Shown piece after piece: positions 12,301 to 23,771 of a stretch of DNA of 64,000 nucleotides (position 1 is the first letter of the stretch; every line of letters starts with the position of its first letter). A program made the translations under genes and the position numbers. The notes beneath the pieces were generated by a model. The model was not told the DNA's origin, ran no database searches, and was given only the letters and a program-made list of their open reading frames with translations. The stretch comes from Cyanophora paradoxa CCMP329 (taxonomy: Eukaryota; Plantae; Glaucophyta): assembly GCA_004431415.1 (NCBI GenBank), contig QPMI01000184.1:140494-204493 (forward strand), read 5' to 3'.

Positions 12301-15300
12301 CCATCGCCCGCACCTGCCCGCGGCGAGCATGTGAGGGGCCGGCGCGGGGGGCGGCGAGGGGGCGGCCCCGCACGGCGGCCTCGGCGCTGCGGGTGGCTTC
12401 GTCGGAGCGCCCCGCGGCGGCGGCGGCCTCCTCGCGCAGGCGCGCCACCTCCTCCCGCCCCGCCCGCGCCTGCTCCTTCGCCTGCCCCGCCCCCGGCCCC
12501 CGTCAGCGGCGCCGCCCCCACCCCTCCCGCTCCCTCCGCCCGAGACGCACCCGGCGGGCCTCCTCGCGGAGGGCGTCCCGCTCCGCCTCCGCCGCCTGTG
12601 GGAGGCGTGAGGGCAGGCGAGAGTCGGGCGGGGCGCGGGGGCGGCACCTCGAGGTCGGCGCTGATCTGCTCGAGGGTCTCCTCCAGGCGCCCCGCCCGCC
12701 CCGCCGCCTCCGCCGCCTCCCGCACCCGCTCCTCCAGCTGCGCCCGCAGCGCTGCGTTCTGCGCGGCGAGCCGGCCTCAGCAGGCGGAAGGAAGGGCAGT
12801 CGAGGGGCTGTGCCGCGCCTCGTCCTTGCGGGCCTCGAGCATGACGAGGCCGGCCGCCTCCGAGCGCGCCCGCTCCGCCTCTAGCTCCGCCACCCGCCCC
12901 CGCAGCAGATCGCCCCGGCCCCGCTCCTCGAGCAGCTGGCGCGGGGCTGAGGGGCGGGCGGGGCGGGCGGGGGCGCGGGGCGGGCGGACGTCGCGGGCGA
13001 GGCTGCCGTTCTCGTCGGCGAGGGCGTCCCGCTCCGCCTCCGCCGCCGCCAGGTCCCGGCTCATCGCCTGCCGCCCCGCCGCGCTCAGCGGGGCCCCCGC
13101 GGCGGCGGGGGCGGGGGCACGTCGAGGGTCTCCTCGAGGCGGACGGAGCGGGTGCCGTGCTCGGCCAGCTCCTGCCCGCGCGCGCACGTCAGCGGGTGCC
13201 TCCGGGGCGGGATGGCGCTCGACGCGGCGCACGGCCTTCTCGGCGGAGAGGCGCGCCACCTCCTCCCGCAGCTCCCCCGCCTCCTGCGCTCCCCCGCCTC
13301 AGCTCGGCACGCAGCCGGCGCGGCGCGGGGCGGGCGGGCGGGCGGGGGGGTGCGGGCCTTGACGGCGTCGTACATGCGGCGCAGGGTCTCGGCCTCGGCG
13401 GCGCCGTACGTGGCGACGCGGGCGCGCAGCTCGGCCACGCGCGCCTCCAGCGCCGCCGCCCCGAGCGCGCCGCCTCGAGCTCGCGCGCCAGCCGGTCCCG
13501 CTCCTGCCGGGCCCCGACGAGGGCCGCCACCCGCCCGGGGAGCGACGCCAGGTCCTCCTTGCGCGGCGGCGCCCCGGCCCCGCCTCCGCCGCCGGCGCGT
13601 CCTGCTCCGCCGCCTGCGGGGCCGAGTGTCGGGCGGAACGCGGGGGGACGAAGGGGGCGGGGTACCATGGCGTGGAGGACGCTCTCGATGACCTTGTCGC
13701 GGTCCTCGAGGAGGCCGCTGTACCCCTGCGGGGCGCGTCGGGCCTCGGGCGGGGGCGAGCGGGGAAGGGAACGGGGGCGGGGCACCTCGACGCGCATGCG
13801 GGCGCTCTCGAGCTCGTGGGAGAGGCTCGCCTTCTGCGGCCGCCCTCAGCCCGGCGGGAGCCGCAGCGCGGTCTCGGGCGGGGGGCGCACGTCGGTGTCG
13901 GCCTCGGCGCGGGAGGCGCGGGCGGCGGCGCGGGCGGCGGCGGCGGCCTCGGTCTCCTCGGCGAGGGCGCGCTGCAGCTGCTCGATGCGCTCCCGCGCGT
14001 CCTGCAGGCCCGACTCGAGCGCCCGCTCCTTCGCGCTGCGGGGCGCTCAGGTCGCCCCGAGGGAGGCCCTCGGGCCGGCGCGACCTGAGGGTGGCGATGG
14101 CCGAGCGGGCGGCCTCGACGACGGCGTCGGCGGCGGCGCTGGCCGCGGGGCGCGCCCCGCCCAGCGACCCCGCCGCCTTCTCCAGCGCCCCCGCAGCGCC
14201 TCCACGTGCGCCCCCGCCAGCGCCGCCCCCGCTCCCGCCGCCCCCGCCCCGCCCGCGCGCCGCCGCCGCGGGCGACTCGGGGTGCTGCTGGGGCTGCTGC
14301 TGGCCGCGCGGGGCCGAGCGGGGCGCGCGCGGGGACTCGGGCGGGCGGAGGCGCCGGCCACCAGGTCCTGGCGCGCCTCAGGGCGGAGAGAGGCGGGGCG
14401 CGGGCGCGGGGCGGACGGCGACGTGGGCGCGGGCGGCGGCGAGACGGTGCACGGAGTCGCGCCAGAGGCGCTCCATGGCCGCCAGGCGCTCCGCGTCGCC
14501 CTGGCCCGCCGCCTCCGCCACCGCCGCCAGGCCCCCCGCCACGAACTCCGCGTACTCCTCCACCGCCTGCATCCCGGGTGAGGCGGGGGCGGGAGCGAGC
14601 GGGGGGCGAGCGGGGCGGGCCTGGTGGGCGCGGGCGAGGCGCTCCTCGAGGGCGGCGGCGTCGGAGGTGGCCTCGTCGAGGCGCGCCTCGAGCTGGCGGA
14701 TCTGCAGCAGCGACGTCTGCACGACGCCGTCCAGCTCGCGCTTCTGCGCCAGCAGCTCCTGCCTCAGGCTCTCCCGGTCCTCCTCCACCGCCGCCTCCAT
14801 CTCCTCCAGCGCCCTGCCCGCCCGCCCCCGCGTCGGCCCCGCGCCCCGGCGCCCCGCCCTCGAGCTCGCGGCGCGCGGGGCACCGGCGCTCGGCGGCGAG
14901 GTCGGCGGCGAGCTCCTCGACCTCGAGCTGCAGCGCCATCCGCTCGCGCTCCTTGCTCGCCGCCTCCTCCCGCGAGGCGGCCAGCTGCGCCCGCATCCCC
15001 TCCAGCAGCGCCCCCGCCGCCTCGGGGACCTCGCCGGCGCGGCCCTCCACGAAGGCGCCCGTCTCGAGGGCGACGCGGTCCCGGAAGGCCGCGAAGGCCG
15101 CCCGCTCCCGCTCCAGCGCCCCCTGCAGCTCCCGCACCCGGTGCGACTCCCCGCCCCCCTCCTCCTCCCGCGGCGACGGCGCCGCCGCCTGCCGCACCGG
15201 CGTCCGCGCCGCCGCCCGCGCCTCCAGCTCCCGCTGCCGCGCCCTGCCGCCGGCCCCGGCCCGGCGCGTCGGGCGGAGAGAGGGGGCGGCGGGGCGAGGG

Positions 15301-16481
15301 CGCGGGGCGCGCACTGGTCGGCCTCGGTGCGCAGGCGCGCGTTGGCCTCCCGCAGGGCCTGCGCCTCCGCCTCCAGCGCCTTCCCCTCCCCCCCTGCCCC
15401 GCGTTAGAGCGGCCGAGCGCGCGGGGCCGGCGGCCGGGCGGGCGCGCCCTGCCGGAGAGGGCCGCGTCGAGCTCCGAGCGGAGCTTGGCGAGCTCCGCCC
15501 GCAGCTCCTCGCACTCCGCCTTGCCCCTCGCGGCCGCCTCTGCGCGCGCGGCCCCGTGAGCGAGGCGGCGGGGGCCGGCGGGGGCGGGCTCCGGGGCGGG
15601 GCGGCACCGCGGGCGGCCTTCTCCTCGGACTCGAGGCGCCGGGAGACCGCCTTGAGGCTCTCGTTCACCACCTCCGCCTCCTCCAGCTTCCCTTTCAGCG
15701 CGAAGAGCTCGGCCGCCGCCGGCGCCGCCGCCGGCCGCTTCTGCGCCAGCTCCTTCTCGAACCGCTGCGCCTTCTTGTCGAACATGGTCACCTTCTGCCC
15801 TCCAGCGTCAGCGTGAGAGGTGAGGGTGAGCGGTTGGGGGAGCGGACCTGCTTCAAGTCTTCGTTTTCTTTTGTCAGCGCGCGGTTCCTATTTTCCAGTC
15901 CTCGTATGTTCTCCTGGCACTCTCGGAGCTGCTCAGAAAAAGGGGACACCGCGGCGTCGGCCGCCGCAATGTTCAGACTCGACCGGGAGCTGCGCGTGGC
16001 GCGGCGGGGGCTGGGGCCGGCGCACCTCGTTGCGCAGCTGCAAGCTCAGTGAGCTGGCGTGCTTCTGGTCGGCGAGAAGCGCGTGTGCGATCTCTGCGCG
16101 CGCGGCCGTTGAGCGTGCGCAGGTCGCGATCCATTCGACCGGCTTTCAACGGCGCGAGCGCACCGGTGGCGGCAACGAGATCCTTCTCACGGTCCTCGAG
16201 GAGCGCTTCGACCTCAAGCTTACCCCCGGCGCGCCGGCTTGACAGCTTGGCGGCTGTGCCGACCGCAGGCGTGAACCGAGCGGTCGACGCAAACACAGAC
16301 GGGACCATTTCGCACTGATAGATGACAGGCGCTGCGCGTAGATGCCCGTCTTGTCCTTCTCGGTCGGCGTCCGCGGGGGCGACGTGACGGCGGGCATCGG
16401 CGGCGCCGACGCGCCAGCCGCGCCCTTGCCCTTCTCGCCTATCATGGTTCCCTGCTTCGCCTTATTGAACAGGAAGCTCAT
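6301..16481 (-). CDS. Very large multi-exon Ala/Glu/Arg-rich coiled-coil protein (cytoskeletal, basal-body or golgin-like)
   Basis: Starts MSFLFNKAKQGTMIGEK at 16481. Dozens of short heptad-rich exons follow (e.g. FDKKAQRFEKEL, ESLRQELLAQKRELDGVV, LEAKVAQLRARLLEHE), plus one ~1.7-kb repeat exon. Predicted end is ...TIVSFDSRHR* at 6301. Confidence 0.7.
10003..11583 (-). repeat. Coding tandem repeat, 138-bp (46-aa) unit, about 11.6 near-identical copies, one shortened by 33 bp
   Basis: Unit is AAARAAEDAAGKLRAAEQEAGRLRSELEASARALEETR(G/S)KLKASEE. agctccgacc recurs at 10011 and 10149 (138-bp spacing). Confidence 0.95.
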
Positions 16482-17084
16482 ATCTGGCGCGTATGTTCAG
16501 TCAAGTGCGCGCGAGTTGTCGCTGCGCCCCCTCTATGCCAATTAACCGAAACACGCCGACGCTATAGTCTATAGCGCTTCCTTTCTTAACGCGAAGGCCG
16601 CCGCAGACAAGCGCTCCGGGGGCGCGGCGCAAGCAAGCAGGCGCACCCGAACCCGGCGCGGACCAGCTCAGCGAGCTGTCCGGCAAAGAAAGACGTAGCT
16701 CAGCTCCACGTGCACCTTGACCGATGAACAAGCAACCGCGGCGCCAAGTGCGGGAGATGGGTACGGCGTCCTTGTCATTTTTTCCCGGGCCCCTCTAGGC
16801 CTAGGCCTGTCGATAGCCTGGCATGAGGCTATGCGTGTAGCTGCCAGGCTGCAGGCCTTTGCTTAATGCTCTAAAAACAATCAGATCACTAGCTCTAGGA
16901 GCGTCACTGAACACAGCGCGCCATAACCCGGACGACCCTCCCGCAAGTCGGCCCTGTCTAGCATCGGCAGAGCCTCGGAGCGATCGCCTGCAGCCTCTCT
17001 AGCCCGCCGCCGTGCTCTGCAGCAGGTCGGCCGCGCGCTTGCGTCAGGGCCGCGCCGCGTCAGCGCACCCGGCTGCGCCGCGCC

Positions 17085-20000
17085 ATGACGGACTTCGCTT
17101 TCCGCTGGCATGGAGACGCGAGCGCGAGATGCGTCGAGGTCGCCGGTCAGCTGCTTACGCAGCTAGCGTCCGAGCGCTTCGTACACTCTTATCGGCTAAC
17201 GTGAAATATCCGCGAAGGGAGCTGGGACGGCTGGAGCAAGCGCCACGCGCTGCAGAGCGTCGACGGGACGGCGGGGCGCGAACACGCCGGCGCGGTTCGA
17301 ATTCCTGTCGATCCTGGCGCTGGCGCGCGCTTCCACTTCAAATTCGTCGTCGATGGCGCGACTCCCGCACGCTCGCGCGGCGCGTTGTTCCTCTGACGGC
17401 CGCCGGCAGGCAGCTGGCGCGTGGACGGCGGCTCGCTGGTCGAGCGGGACGGGGACGGGCACGAGAACAACGTGCTTGCCGTGCGCCCGGAGGACGTGAA
17501 GCCGGCGGGGCGCTTCCGGAGCTACGAGCACTTCCGCGGCGAGCCCGACGCGCTGGAGCCGGAGGGCGCCGGGGTCCCCGTGGCCCGGCCCTGGCACCCC
17601 GGGCTCGGCGCCGTGCCCTTCGGCCCCGGCGCCCGCTTCCGCGTCTGGGCCGACCCCGCCGAGGTCAAGCGGGCCGAGCTCGTGCTCGAGGGGCCCCCGG
17701 GTGCCCCCGCCGCCCCCGAGAGGCGCGTTCCCCTCCACCTCTCCTTCTCCGGCTTCTTCGAGGGGGACGGCCCGGCCGCCCCCGGGGACCGGTACCGCAT
17801 TTCGCTGGACGGGGGCGGCGCGGTGCCGGACATCGCGAGCCGGTGGCAGCCGGAGGGCGTGTACGGCCCCTCCGCCGTCGTCGGCGCCGCCGGCTTCCCC
17901 TGGTGCGACGCCCTATGGGAGACCCCGGCCTCCATCGAGGACCTCGCCTGCGTCTACGTGCGCTCGCCCCCCCCCCCCCCCCCCCCCCCGCATCCGTCCC
18001 CGTACCCCCGCCGACCTCCCCCCTCCTGCCAGGAACTCCACGTCGGCACGTTCACGCCGGAGGCGCGCCCCGCGCCCGCGCCCCGCCGGCGCTCCGCCGT
18101 CCCCCTCATCGCCGCCGCAGGGCTCCTTCACCGCGGCCGCCATGCGCCTCCCGCAGCTCAAGGCCGCCGGCGTCGACGCCGTCCAGGCGCGTCCCCCCGC
18201 CCCTCCGACCCCTGTACCCCCGGACCGAGCGCCCCCCGCAGGTCATGCCGCTCTCCGAGTTCCGGGGGGAGCGGGGGTGGGGGTACAGCGGGGCGCTGCC
18301 GTTCGCCCCGCCGCGCTGCTACGGGCCGCCGGACGCCTTCCGCTCCTTCGTCGACGCCGCGCACCGCTGCGGCATCAGCGTTCTCCTCGACGTCGTCTAC
18401 AATCATTGGGGGCGCGATGGAAATTACTTCGCCCGGTGCCTGCCCGCCCCCGCCTCTTCCCTTCTGCTCTGGCTGAATGGCCGGCCCCCCTCGCCAGGTA
18501 CTTCCCGAGGCACCTCGCGGCCAAGGGCGCCGAGGGCACCCCGGACGCGCGCCAGCGCCCGCCAACCCCCGCGCCGGCGTCTCCTCCTCATTTGCGTGGC
18601 GTGCAGGTGGCGTGGGGCCTGGGCGCCAACGACCTCGCGAGCGAGCTCCGCTTCTTCTGCATCGAGAACGCCCTCCACTGTGCGGCTGCTCGGGGGGGGG
18701 GGGGGGGGGGTACGCGCGCGCTCTCCCGCTCACCCACCCCTCGGCAGGGGTGCACGAGTACCACGTGGACGGCTTCCGGCTCGACTCGGCGCACAACCTC
18801 TTCGACCCCGCCTTCGAGCGCTTCCGGGCGCGCAACGGGCGGGCGGTCGAGCCGCCGCGCCCCCACTTCCTCCAGGAGCTCGCCTCCGCCCTCCAGCGCT
18901 ACCGCCGCACCGCCCGCCGGCCCCTCCTCATCGCCGAGGACGAGCGCCGCGACGCCCCCGCCCGCCTCTACCGCCCCCTCAGCGCCGGCGGGTGCGTGCG
19001 GGGCCTTCGTCAAAGGCCCCCGCCCGGAACCGAACCCGCGGCCGCAGCTTCGGGTACGACGCCGTCTGCACGGACGACCTGTACCACGAGATGGTGCCGC
19101 AGCGCCCGCCGGGCCCCTCCGCCGGCCCGCCACGTCAACCCCCCGCAGATGGCCGTTCTCCTTGACCCGCCCCGGCCCGGCGGCGGCCGCTCTGTGCGCT
19201 CCCTCGCTGGCGGCCTCACCCGCACCTACGATTTCGAGCGGTGCCCCGCTTTGCCCCCTCTCTCGTTCGCCCCTCGCTGCTGCCCCGCTTCGCGTCGAGC
19301 AGCGCGGGCGGGCGCAGGGCGTGCTTCCTCCCGCCCTCCCTGGCGGGCCACGTGGCGCACCTCCAGACGCACGACGCCGTGGCGAACCTCTCCACCGGCG
19401 CCCGCCTCGCCTCCCGCTGCTCCCGTGCCCCCCCGGCCCCCCGCCCCCTCTCTCCATCGCTCCTTTGACGCCGAGCAGCGGGGGCGTACAGAGCCGCATC
19501 GACCCTTCTCCTCAGCCTCCCCCACACCGTCATGCTCTTCATGGGACAGGAGTGGGGCGCCCGTACCCCCTTCCACTTTTTTGTTAATTACGATCCCGAC
19601 CGGGACGCCGCCGTCAATCTGGTGGGGCCCTTGTATTCCCCCCGTCCCGAATCACCGTATTCACCGTGCTGCGCAGGGCCGCCTGAAGGAGTTCGCCTCT
19701 GTACCCGGCTTCCGGGAAAAGGTGCGCCGCTCTCCCTGCCCTGGGCGGCGCGGGGCCGCCGGGAGCGAGCCGGGGAGCGGGCAGGTGCCCCCGCCGGGGG
19801 AGGAGCGGTCCTTCTCGGAGTCGGTGCTGCGGTGGCCGGGGGCCGGGGAGCTGGAGGAGCCCGGGGGCCCGCACGCCCTCCACCGCGCCCTCCTCGCCCT
19901 CCGCGCCTCGCGCGCCGCCATGCGCTGCCGCCTGCGCAGCCACTTCGCGGCAGTGCCCGTCGGCGAGGGCGCCGTCGCCGTCCTCCGGCGGCCCCTCGAC

Positions 20001-20222
20001 GGCGGGGCGCGGGGCACGCTGGCGTTCGTCGCGTGCTTCTGGGGGGCGGGGGAGTACAAGGTGGACCTCGCGTGCACGCCGGCCCCCGAGGGCCGCTGGC
20101 GGAGCCTCCTCCCCGACGGCGAGTCGGCGCGGGCGACGTGCCTCGAGGGGCGGCCCCGCGCCCTCTTCTCCGGCCCCGGCGCGGCGGCCTTCGAGTGCCT
20201 CGGCCCGGGCGACCCCGCCTAG
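17085..20222 (+). CDS. treZ: Malto-oligosyltrehalose trehalohydrolase-like GH13 (TreZ-like) with an extra N-terminal AMPK-beta-type CBM48
   Basis: CBM48: VEVAGSWDGW...FHFKFVVDGSWRVD...DGHENNVL. TreZ signature: ARFRVWA...PDIASRWQPEGVYGPS, YELHVGTFTPEG, MPLSEFRGERGWGY, LDVVYNH. Catalytic triad: DGFRLDSAH (D), LIAEDE (E), LQTHD (D). Also MLFMGQEWGA. Confidence 0.85.
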
Positions 20223-20295
20223 CGGCCCAGCGCCCAGCGCTGTGCGCGACGGTGCTCGCCGACGTGCACGGCTAGGCTTATGCTTTATTGCACAC

Positions 20296-20551
20296 ACGCG
20301 CGCTGCCAACGGAGAGGGGGTTGGGACAAAATCGCTGCGTACTATCCAAAAGCGGGAAAATCTGTCTAAAGTGAAGGCACACACATCACAAAAAGAGAAC
20401 ATAACGCGCGCTGCCAACGAATGGCCTAGCGATCATACAGCTGAGGGGGCCCAGCGCGAGGACAATGGGATTTGGACAAAATCGCTGCGTACTATCCAAA
20501 AGCGGGAAAACCTGTCTAAAGTGATGGCACATACAGTACACAAAGAGAACA
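20296..20551. repeat. Two-copy imperfect tandem duplication between convergent genes
   Basis: GGACAAAATCGCTGCGTACTATCCAAAAGCGGGAAAA(T/C)CTGTCTAAAGTGA occurs at 20324 and 20474. ACGCGCGCTGCCAACG occurs at 20296 and 20404. Confidence 0.9.
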
Positions 20552-20761
20552 CAATTGCAAACCCGAAAACAAAAACAAACCAGCAAACCACCTACGCGTC
20601 GACCAGTGTTGGGAGCGCCTCAACAAGTTTATCGATCTACGTATCTCCCAGCGTATAGCGCCACTGCCGACCAAAAGCTAACCAGCTAACCAAAGCACAG
20701 ATCTAGAGCTTCACAAAGGAGGAAGTAAAAGAAAGGGGTGAAAGAAAGACAGAAAGAGCGC

Positions 20762-21487
20762 CTAGTTCTCCTTCTTCTCCTCGTCCTTGTTAAGACCGAG
20801 GGCCTTAAGAAGGCCGCCGAAGAAGCCGCCGCGGTCCTCTTCGACGTACATCTGAGGCAAAGCACGCGGTCAGCGTCGCTCTCAAAACCGTGGCCAGTGC
20901 GTCCTCGGCCGGAAAATCATAGCGAGGGCGCGGGCAGGCTGGAAGCACCTAACGAGTTTATGAGATGGCAACTAGGATTGGCTAGGATGGCAGGGGCAGG
21001 AGGGACAAGGATGCGCGTCGCGGGCAGAAAACGGCAACTTACTGACCTTCGGCTCAACGGCCCAGGTGTTCATAAGGCCGTTCTCGCGGTCAAAGGTGAT
21101 GCTGCGCGCGAGAAGGCGTGAGCTCGAGGGCTGGCGGGGATGTGCGTGGGGAACTCATTCGACACGAACCCGCTCCTCGGTTTACGAACACGGCCTTGCA
21201 TGAACTGATCGAAATCTTTCATCTGAGGCGCGATACGCATTAGTGAACCCCGCTCCCGGCGCTGTGGCACCGACCGGCGCTGTCTCGACCGGCACCCCTG
21301 CGAGCGCCCCAGTACTCACATCTTCCGGAATGGCCCACGAGGGCTTGTCCGAGGCCTCGGCCTTCTCCTCCTTCACCGGCTCCTTGTCCTCCGCGCGGAC
21401 GCAGAACTTCGCCGCGCGGGCGGGCGCCGCCTGCACGCTGAAACGAGTGGTGCTCGGGCGGACGGGGGCGGCGACGATGAAGGCCAT
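20762..21487 (-). CDS. Plastid-targeted small protein with HliA/HliB-Psb34 (Ssl1498)-type N-terminal motif, paralog A
   Basis: Spliced product: transit peptide MAFIVAAPVRPSTTRFSVQAAPARAAKFCVRA, then ...WAIPED|MKDFDQFMQGRVRKPRSG|ITFDRENGLMNTWAVEPK|MYVEEDRGGFFGGLLKALGLNKDEEKKEN*. NTWAVEPKMYV resembles the cyanobacterial NNFAIEP(E/K)VY motif. Confidence 0.7.
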
Positions 21488-21589
21488 TTTCGACGGGCGT
21501 GTCGCGTGCTTGGGCGACTGTACCCCTAACTTCGTTCGCAACGCGCGGAGCGGACTCGGTGCGCGGACTCGGTGTATTAGTCACAAACC
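21488..21589. promoter_or_regulatory. Probable bidirectional promoter between two plastid-targeted photosynthesis genes
   Basis: About 100 bp separates divergent ATGs at 21487 (-) and 21590 (+). It contains the direct repeat GCGGACTCGGTG twice (21550-21574). Confidence 0.45.
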
Positions 21590-22108
21590 ATGATGGCCTT
21601 CACCGGCCCAGCATCGGCCGGCTTGGCCAAGTGCGCGCCCGTAAACATCAGCCGCCCGGCGTGCGCAGCTGCCCGCATTTGCGCGCTGAGCCGCCCGGCG
21701 TGCGCGGACGGGCGCCCGAGCGAACCCGACGCCGACGCTCGTCCCGGGGCCGAACGCGCCTTTAGCTACGCCCCGGCGCGCGTGCTCGTCGCGTCGCTGG
21801 CCGCCTCGGCGTTCGCGCCCGGCTCCGCTGCCCACGCCACGGCCGCGGCCGCCGTGAGCCAGCAGGAGGCACTGGAAGCCGACTCGCCGCTCGTACGCGA
21901 GCTCCTCGAGCGTTCCAAGGCGAACAAGGTCCGTGGTACCATCTGAAGGTCGAGCCGCCTGACGGACGCGTGCGCGCTCCCTGCGCAGGAGCGGTACGAG
22001 CGCGAGCTGCGGGACAAATGGTACGAAAGAGGCTACACGGACTATATGAAGGTGCGAGACACATCGTTAGATGTCTCTGGAACCCCAGCGCCCCGCCCCA
22101 AGGCATAG
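21590..22108 (+). CDS. PsaN-domain-like thylakoid lumen protein (At1g49975-like)
   Basis: Transit peptide MMAFTGPASA..., then a hydrophobic Ala-rich lumen signal ending AHA, then SPLVRELLERSKANK|ERYERELRDKWYERGYTDYMK. This matches the L.(K/R)S..NK.....R...YY.R.Y.DY pattern I recall for PsaN-like proteins. The last exon is uncertain. Confidence 0.65.
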
Positions 22109-22551
22109 ACCGCGCGCGCCGGCCGCGGGCCCTGCAGCGCTAGCTGGGCCGGCGCGCCGGGCCGGGGCGGCTGCTACTGATTATGATCGATGCCATCTTC
22201 CTGACCGCCCCCGGCCCCCGGCGGGCCCCGGGGCGCCGGCAGTTTGCGGACACTTCGGATCCCGTGATGGAGGCACAGTTCGCCGGGGCTGTCGCGCTAC
22301 CCCTCGTAATCATCTTGCTCATCGCTTACTTCTCCAAGAAAGACCGCCAGTAGGGTGGGGTCCGTGGCTGAGATTCAAACATTAAATTCGTAGCTGCCTG
22401 CTTTGTCGCTGCCCGATATCGATCATCGGATGGCCCCGTAGCGTCTGTTGGCACAGGGGCTGGCATGCATATTTCGGCATGCACGCCCTGAGCGAGGCCT
22501 TAGGCTAAACAGGGGGGGGGGGGGGGGGGGGGGGGAGGTGGGGGGGCCGAC

Positions 22552-23739
22552 TCAAGGTCGGCTCACCGCGGCGCGTTCTGCTGTTCGTCGGCCGCGCCCG
22601 TCCGTCGGATCCGAGGCCCCCGCCCCCTCCGAGGCTCGGAGGAGGGAGTCCGAGAGCTGGCGCCATCCGTCACCGCCGCTGCGAGCGCGGGCCGGTGTCG
22701 CGCATGGTCCGTGCGCGCCGTCGGCGGGGGGACGGGGGCAGCGGGCGGACCGTGTATCGGGCGGCAAGGGCCTGCACGAGCCTCCGGTACTCCTGTACCG
22801 CCTCCTGCGTGAGCCAGCCCTCGCCATCCGCGCTGTACGCCTCCAGCCGGCGCAGCAGCGAGCTACCCTCGGGCACGCGCCAGCCCTTCGCGCCCGGCGA
22901 TCTCAGCCGCAGAGCAGCGGCGTGGGCGGGGACGCTCACTGTCGCGGAAGCCGCTTTCAAGGCTATGAGCTCGGCCGAAATGCACACGTGCACCCCGCAG
23001 TCGTAGCTGCGGGTGGGCGCAGCGTCCGTCGGCATCGGCGTAGATATGACATCTAAACGCACCCGTTCCCCTGCTGGCGCGTTGGGGCTTCCCGCATCTC
23101 GAGCCGACGGCCTGCGTTGCCGTGAGGCGAGCAAGAGAGACTACGCCCCGACCGCGCCGCATCGAACCGAGCAAGCGGCCAATCGCGGCCACGGCCATGG
23201 CTGCCGGCGCGCAGTTGTGCGGTTTCATGCTATCAAAATGCAGCGCGAGTCCTCGCCCGGGCTCGACGACAAGCAGCGACCAGTGCGAGCTGCCAGCAAC
23301 AAGTCAAATCTATAGCTACGACGCTAGCTGCAGCGCGCGCTCACCCTCCGACGTGGTCTGGGTGGGCGTTGTCGTTCACAGGCATGAAAACCAGCTCCCG
23401 CTCAGGGATGCGCAGCGGCGCCAGCAGCTCTCGCAGCTCGCTCGGGTCATCGACAAAGTTCATGAGCATGGAGGTGCTTGGCAGCACGAAGAGCAGCTGG
23501 TCCTGTCCGCCGAAGACGTTCTGCGCGAAGTGCCTGATGCACCAATCTATGAGACCAATGAGAAGACGAACTGCAGCGGGGTTATATGGCGCCTAGATCT
23601 AGAATTCGAATGCGTACTCGAGGACGAAAGCGATGACCGCGTCGTTCCACCAGGCGCTCCCGCCGATTAGCCGAGCATCGCTGGCGTGAAGCGCCGCGTC
23701 GCCGACGGACGCGACGACGGGGTCGCCTCTCGAGGTCAT
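22552..23739 (-). CDS. SENP8: NEDD8-specific protease 1 (SENP8/DEN1, peptidase C48)
   Basis: MTSRGDPVVASVGDAALHASDARLIGGSAWWNDAVIAF, FMPVNDN, GTHWSLLV (His), LHFDSM (Asp) and YDCGVHVC (Cys). The 3' end is uncertain. Confidence 0.85.
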
Positions 23740-23771
23740 CGCGTTGCGCCGTACCCCGCACAAGAAAAAAG

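Noticed and set aside
8383-12884. Very long ORFs on the + strand and in alternative - frames (up to 1256 aa)
   Set aside because: These are shadow ORFs caused by extreme GC content and the repeat. Only the E/A/R/K-rich minus frame gives a sensible coiled coil.
20324-20551. Box C/D or H/ACA snoRNA pair
   Set aside because: No convincing RUGAUGA/CUGA pair or H-box/ACA arrangement is conserved in both copies.
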